Assembly: GCA_002269645.1 (NCBI GenBank)
Contig: NIVC01002892.1
Location: 67,502-131,501 of the forward strand
Length of the DNA stretch: 64,000 nucleotides
Source of the DNA: Macrostomum lignano
Taxonomy: Eukaryota
Reading direction: 5' to 3'
Made by a program: the position numbers and the translations under genes. Shown here piece after piece: positions 61,458 through 64,000 of this stretch. The notes under the pieces were generated by a model. It did no database searches. It was not told where the DNA came from and worked only from the letters and a program-made list of their open reading frames with translations. How positions within the stretch are numbered: position 1 is the first letter of the stretch; each line of letters begins with the position of its first letter.

Positions 61458-62949
61458 CCTGTCTAAATAAACATGTTAGTAAATATTTCAGAATGATAAA
61501 GAAACTAATTAGCTAAACACAGAAAACATGCTACTCTTTACCAAGTTAACTCAACTCTTTTCTGGTGGCAAATTTAGTTAAACTACGAACACTAGCACTG
61601 CTACTGGATTGTGGATTAATATGCTGCAGCATAATATACTGGCATATAGGCGGTGTGTGCCATGTAGTTTTTGTGCTTTCAACATTTTTTCTTGGATTTA
61701 GTGCATATTTTCTAGAGTTTTTTCAGGCATATTCCATGTTTTTGTACATGCTTCTAGGAATTCTATATCAGCAAAAAAACATCCCTTGGTAAAAATTCAC
61801 CATAAACTAAGTGTCTAGCACTTTCAAGCATTGCTTGATATAAGGAGCATTGGCATGTATATATTGTCTAGCAAAAATGCTAAATTTATAATAAATTGAG
61901 CAGAATTTATAAAAAGTGTCCACAAACTTCTACCATTAAGCAGAGTACTACAGATATTTGTACTATGCTAAACATATGAAGAAATAAAAAGAATACTTAC
62001 TTCAAAACTAAAGTCTTAAGTCAAAATTATGCAAACAAAAGGAAAATTCAAGTTAAATTTGACTGATAACTACAAAATAAAATGTGAAAGGATGAGTACT
62101 TTTAAAAGATATATGTAAATATGACTATAATTTATAAAAATATGGAGCAAAAAGCAAAGCAGAGAAAAAAAGTAAATATTTGGCAGAATACAATTAATTA
62201 GCTATAAAATAATATTAAAGTACTATACTTCAGTTATATTTCAAATAAAATTTGAAGCTTACACTTACAGTGTAAAACTGATAACAATTGAATATATTAC
62301 AATTAAAACTTGTACTTGTAGAATATAATATATTGTACAATAATTATATATAATGTAGTAGGATACGAATAAATAGCGTAACAAAACCGAATATTATAGC
62401 TACAGATTGAAGCTTGAAAATATTTCAGATTTAGATAGCGTTTGCTTAGATAAGTTGCTTTGAAAATTTGGGGTCAAATTTGTCCTACAGCAATAAACTA
62501 CTGTTAACATAACCGATTTAAATTTAAATTTTTGTAGAAATTATAAGGAACAGAACGACTGAAATGTACAGTTTAATTATTTCAAAATTAAATAATTTCG
62601 AATTCTATTTTACCTTATTGCTTTCTTCAATTAAATTTTGTTATACAATTTATAAAATGCCTATTTTCAAAATATACCTCAAAAAGTAAGTTCAACAGCT
62701 TTAAAAATGCGCACGTTTTTACACTTCACGGCTCCAAAAAGTCACCATAGAAGATTTTTGCAGGACGCAAGACTTTTTACGTTACAAAATAGCACTTTTA
62801 TGTGCATTTTTTATTCAGTTTCAAAAGGCTTTTTAGTTACCTATTTGGTATTTTTTGTTTTAAAGATTTTTGCGAAATCAGGTCATTTTAACTTGTTACG
62901 AAACTGTGGACCCACACTTTTACGCAACGCAATGCGCATGATGTCATCT

Positions 62950-64000
62950 TAAAGCACTTGCTAAATGCTATTTATTGACACTACACTGAAGGCCTGGCGT
63001 AGGATAGTTAATAAATGGCAGCGTGAAATATAGCAAAAAACGCATAGTACCGGAACCTCGTAATTCGGTAAAATGTTAATAGCGTCAAAATACGAATTTT
63101 CGCACACTAACGAAGATGGCAGTCATCTGTACGTGTTTACTGGGCACAATAGTGCTCTTGGAAGCTAAGAACCTCATAGCGAAAATTAATATATTTTCCG
63201 CCCTATGTAGTGCTCAAATGGGTTGTTTTTTGCACAAAATCACGTTTTTCGATTTTGAGAGTCAATTAAAAATTTTTTTTTGCAACTGACAGACGTGAAT
63301 GTCACTTTTTCTGAGAGTATTCATCTAGATGTTTCTAATAAGTACTAATATGGGTCATTCTTATGCTTCACCTATCCTTAGTATAGGTACAAAGTCATTA
63401 TTTCATTTCCAGCAAGTCACGTGACCTGGCCTGAGGTGTACAACGCATCGTGCAATGCCAGCGAACATACACTCAAATTAAAGCACTTTTTAAATGCTAA
63501 CTATTGACACCACACTGAAGGCTGGCGTAGCATCGTTAATAAATGGCAGCGTGAAATATAGCAAAAAAACGCATAACACCGGAACCTCGTAATTCGGTAA
63601 ATGTTATTAGCGTAAAAATACGAATTTTCGCACACTAACGAAGATAGCAGTCATCTGTACGTGTTTACTGGGCACAATAGTGCTCTTGGAAGCTAAGAAC
63701 CTCATAGCGAAAATCAATAAATTTTTCACCCTATGTGTGCTCATATAGGTTGTTTTTGCACAAAATCACGTTTTTCGATTTTAAAAGTCAATTATAAACA
63801 AATTTTGCAACTGACAGACGTGAATATCATTTTTTGACAGTAGTCATCTAGGTGTTTCTAATAAGTACAAATTTTGGTTCATTCTTACGCTTCACCTTAT
63901 CCTTAGTATAGGTACAAAGTCATTATTTCATTTCCAGCAAGTCACGTGACCTGACCTGAGGTGTACAACGCATCGTGCAATGACAGCGAACATACATTCA
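62950..64000. repeat. ~530-bp tandem repeat (two diverged copies visible, runs off the window)
   Basis: aaagcactt...ataaatggcagcgtgaaatatagc...gcaagtcacgtgacctg...gcgaacatacac occurs at about 62950-63480 and 63480-64000. Confidence 0.9.

Overview
This is repeat-rich eukaryotic DNA, probably from an invertebrate (inferred from TE content and GT-AG introns). No host gene, RNA gene or CRISPR array can be supported. About 1-21 kb is a mosaic of unrelated minisatellites interrupted by TE relics: a 5'-truncated RTE LINE, a hAT-type MITE, a Penelope-like fragment, a LINE 3' fragment and two foldback elements. 21.1-46.9 kb is a head-to-tail array of four ~6.4-kb I/Jockey-group LINEs, each bounded by the same ~95-bp sequence (five copies). 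Their ORF1 carries a complete AlkB (ALKBH2/3-like) 2OG-Fe(II) dioxygenase domain fused in frame to a gag-like triple CCHC module; this is the standout observation. 47.9-54.0 kb is a 15-bp satellite. 54.0-61.5 kb (minus strand) is a Helentron-type OTU-Rep-PIF1 helicase gene with reconstructable upstream exons and a non-autonomous Helitron nested in its first intron. The window ends in a ~530-bp tandem repeat. All alignments and counts were done by eye, so repeat boundaries are approximate.
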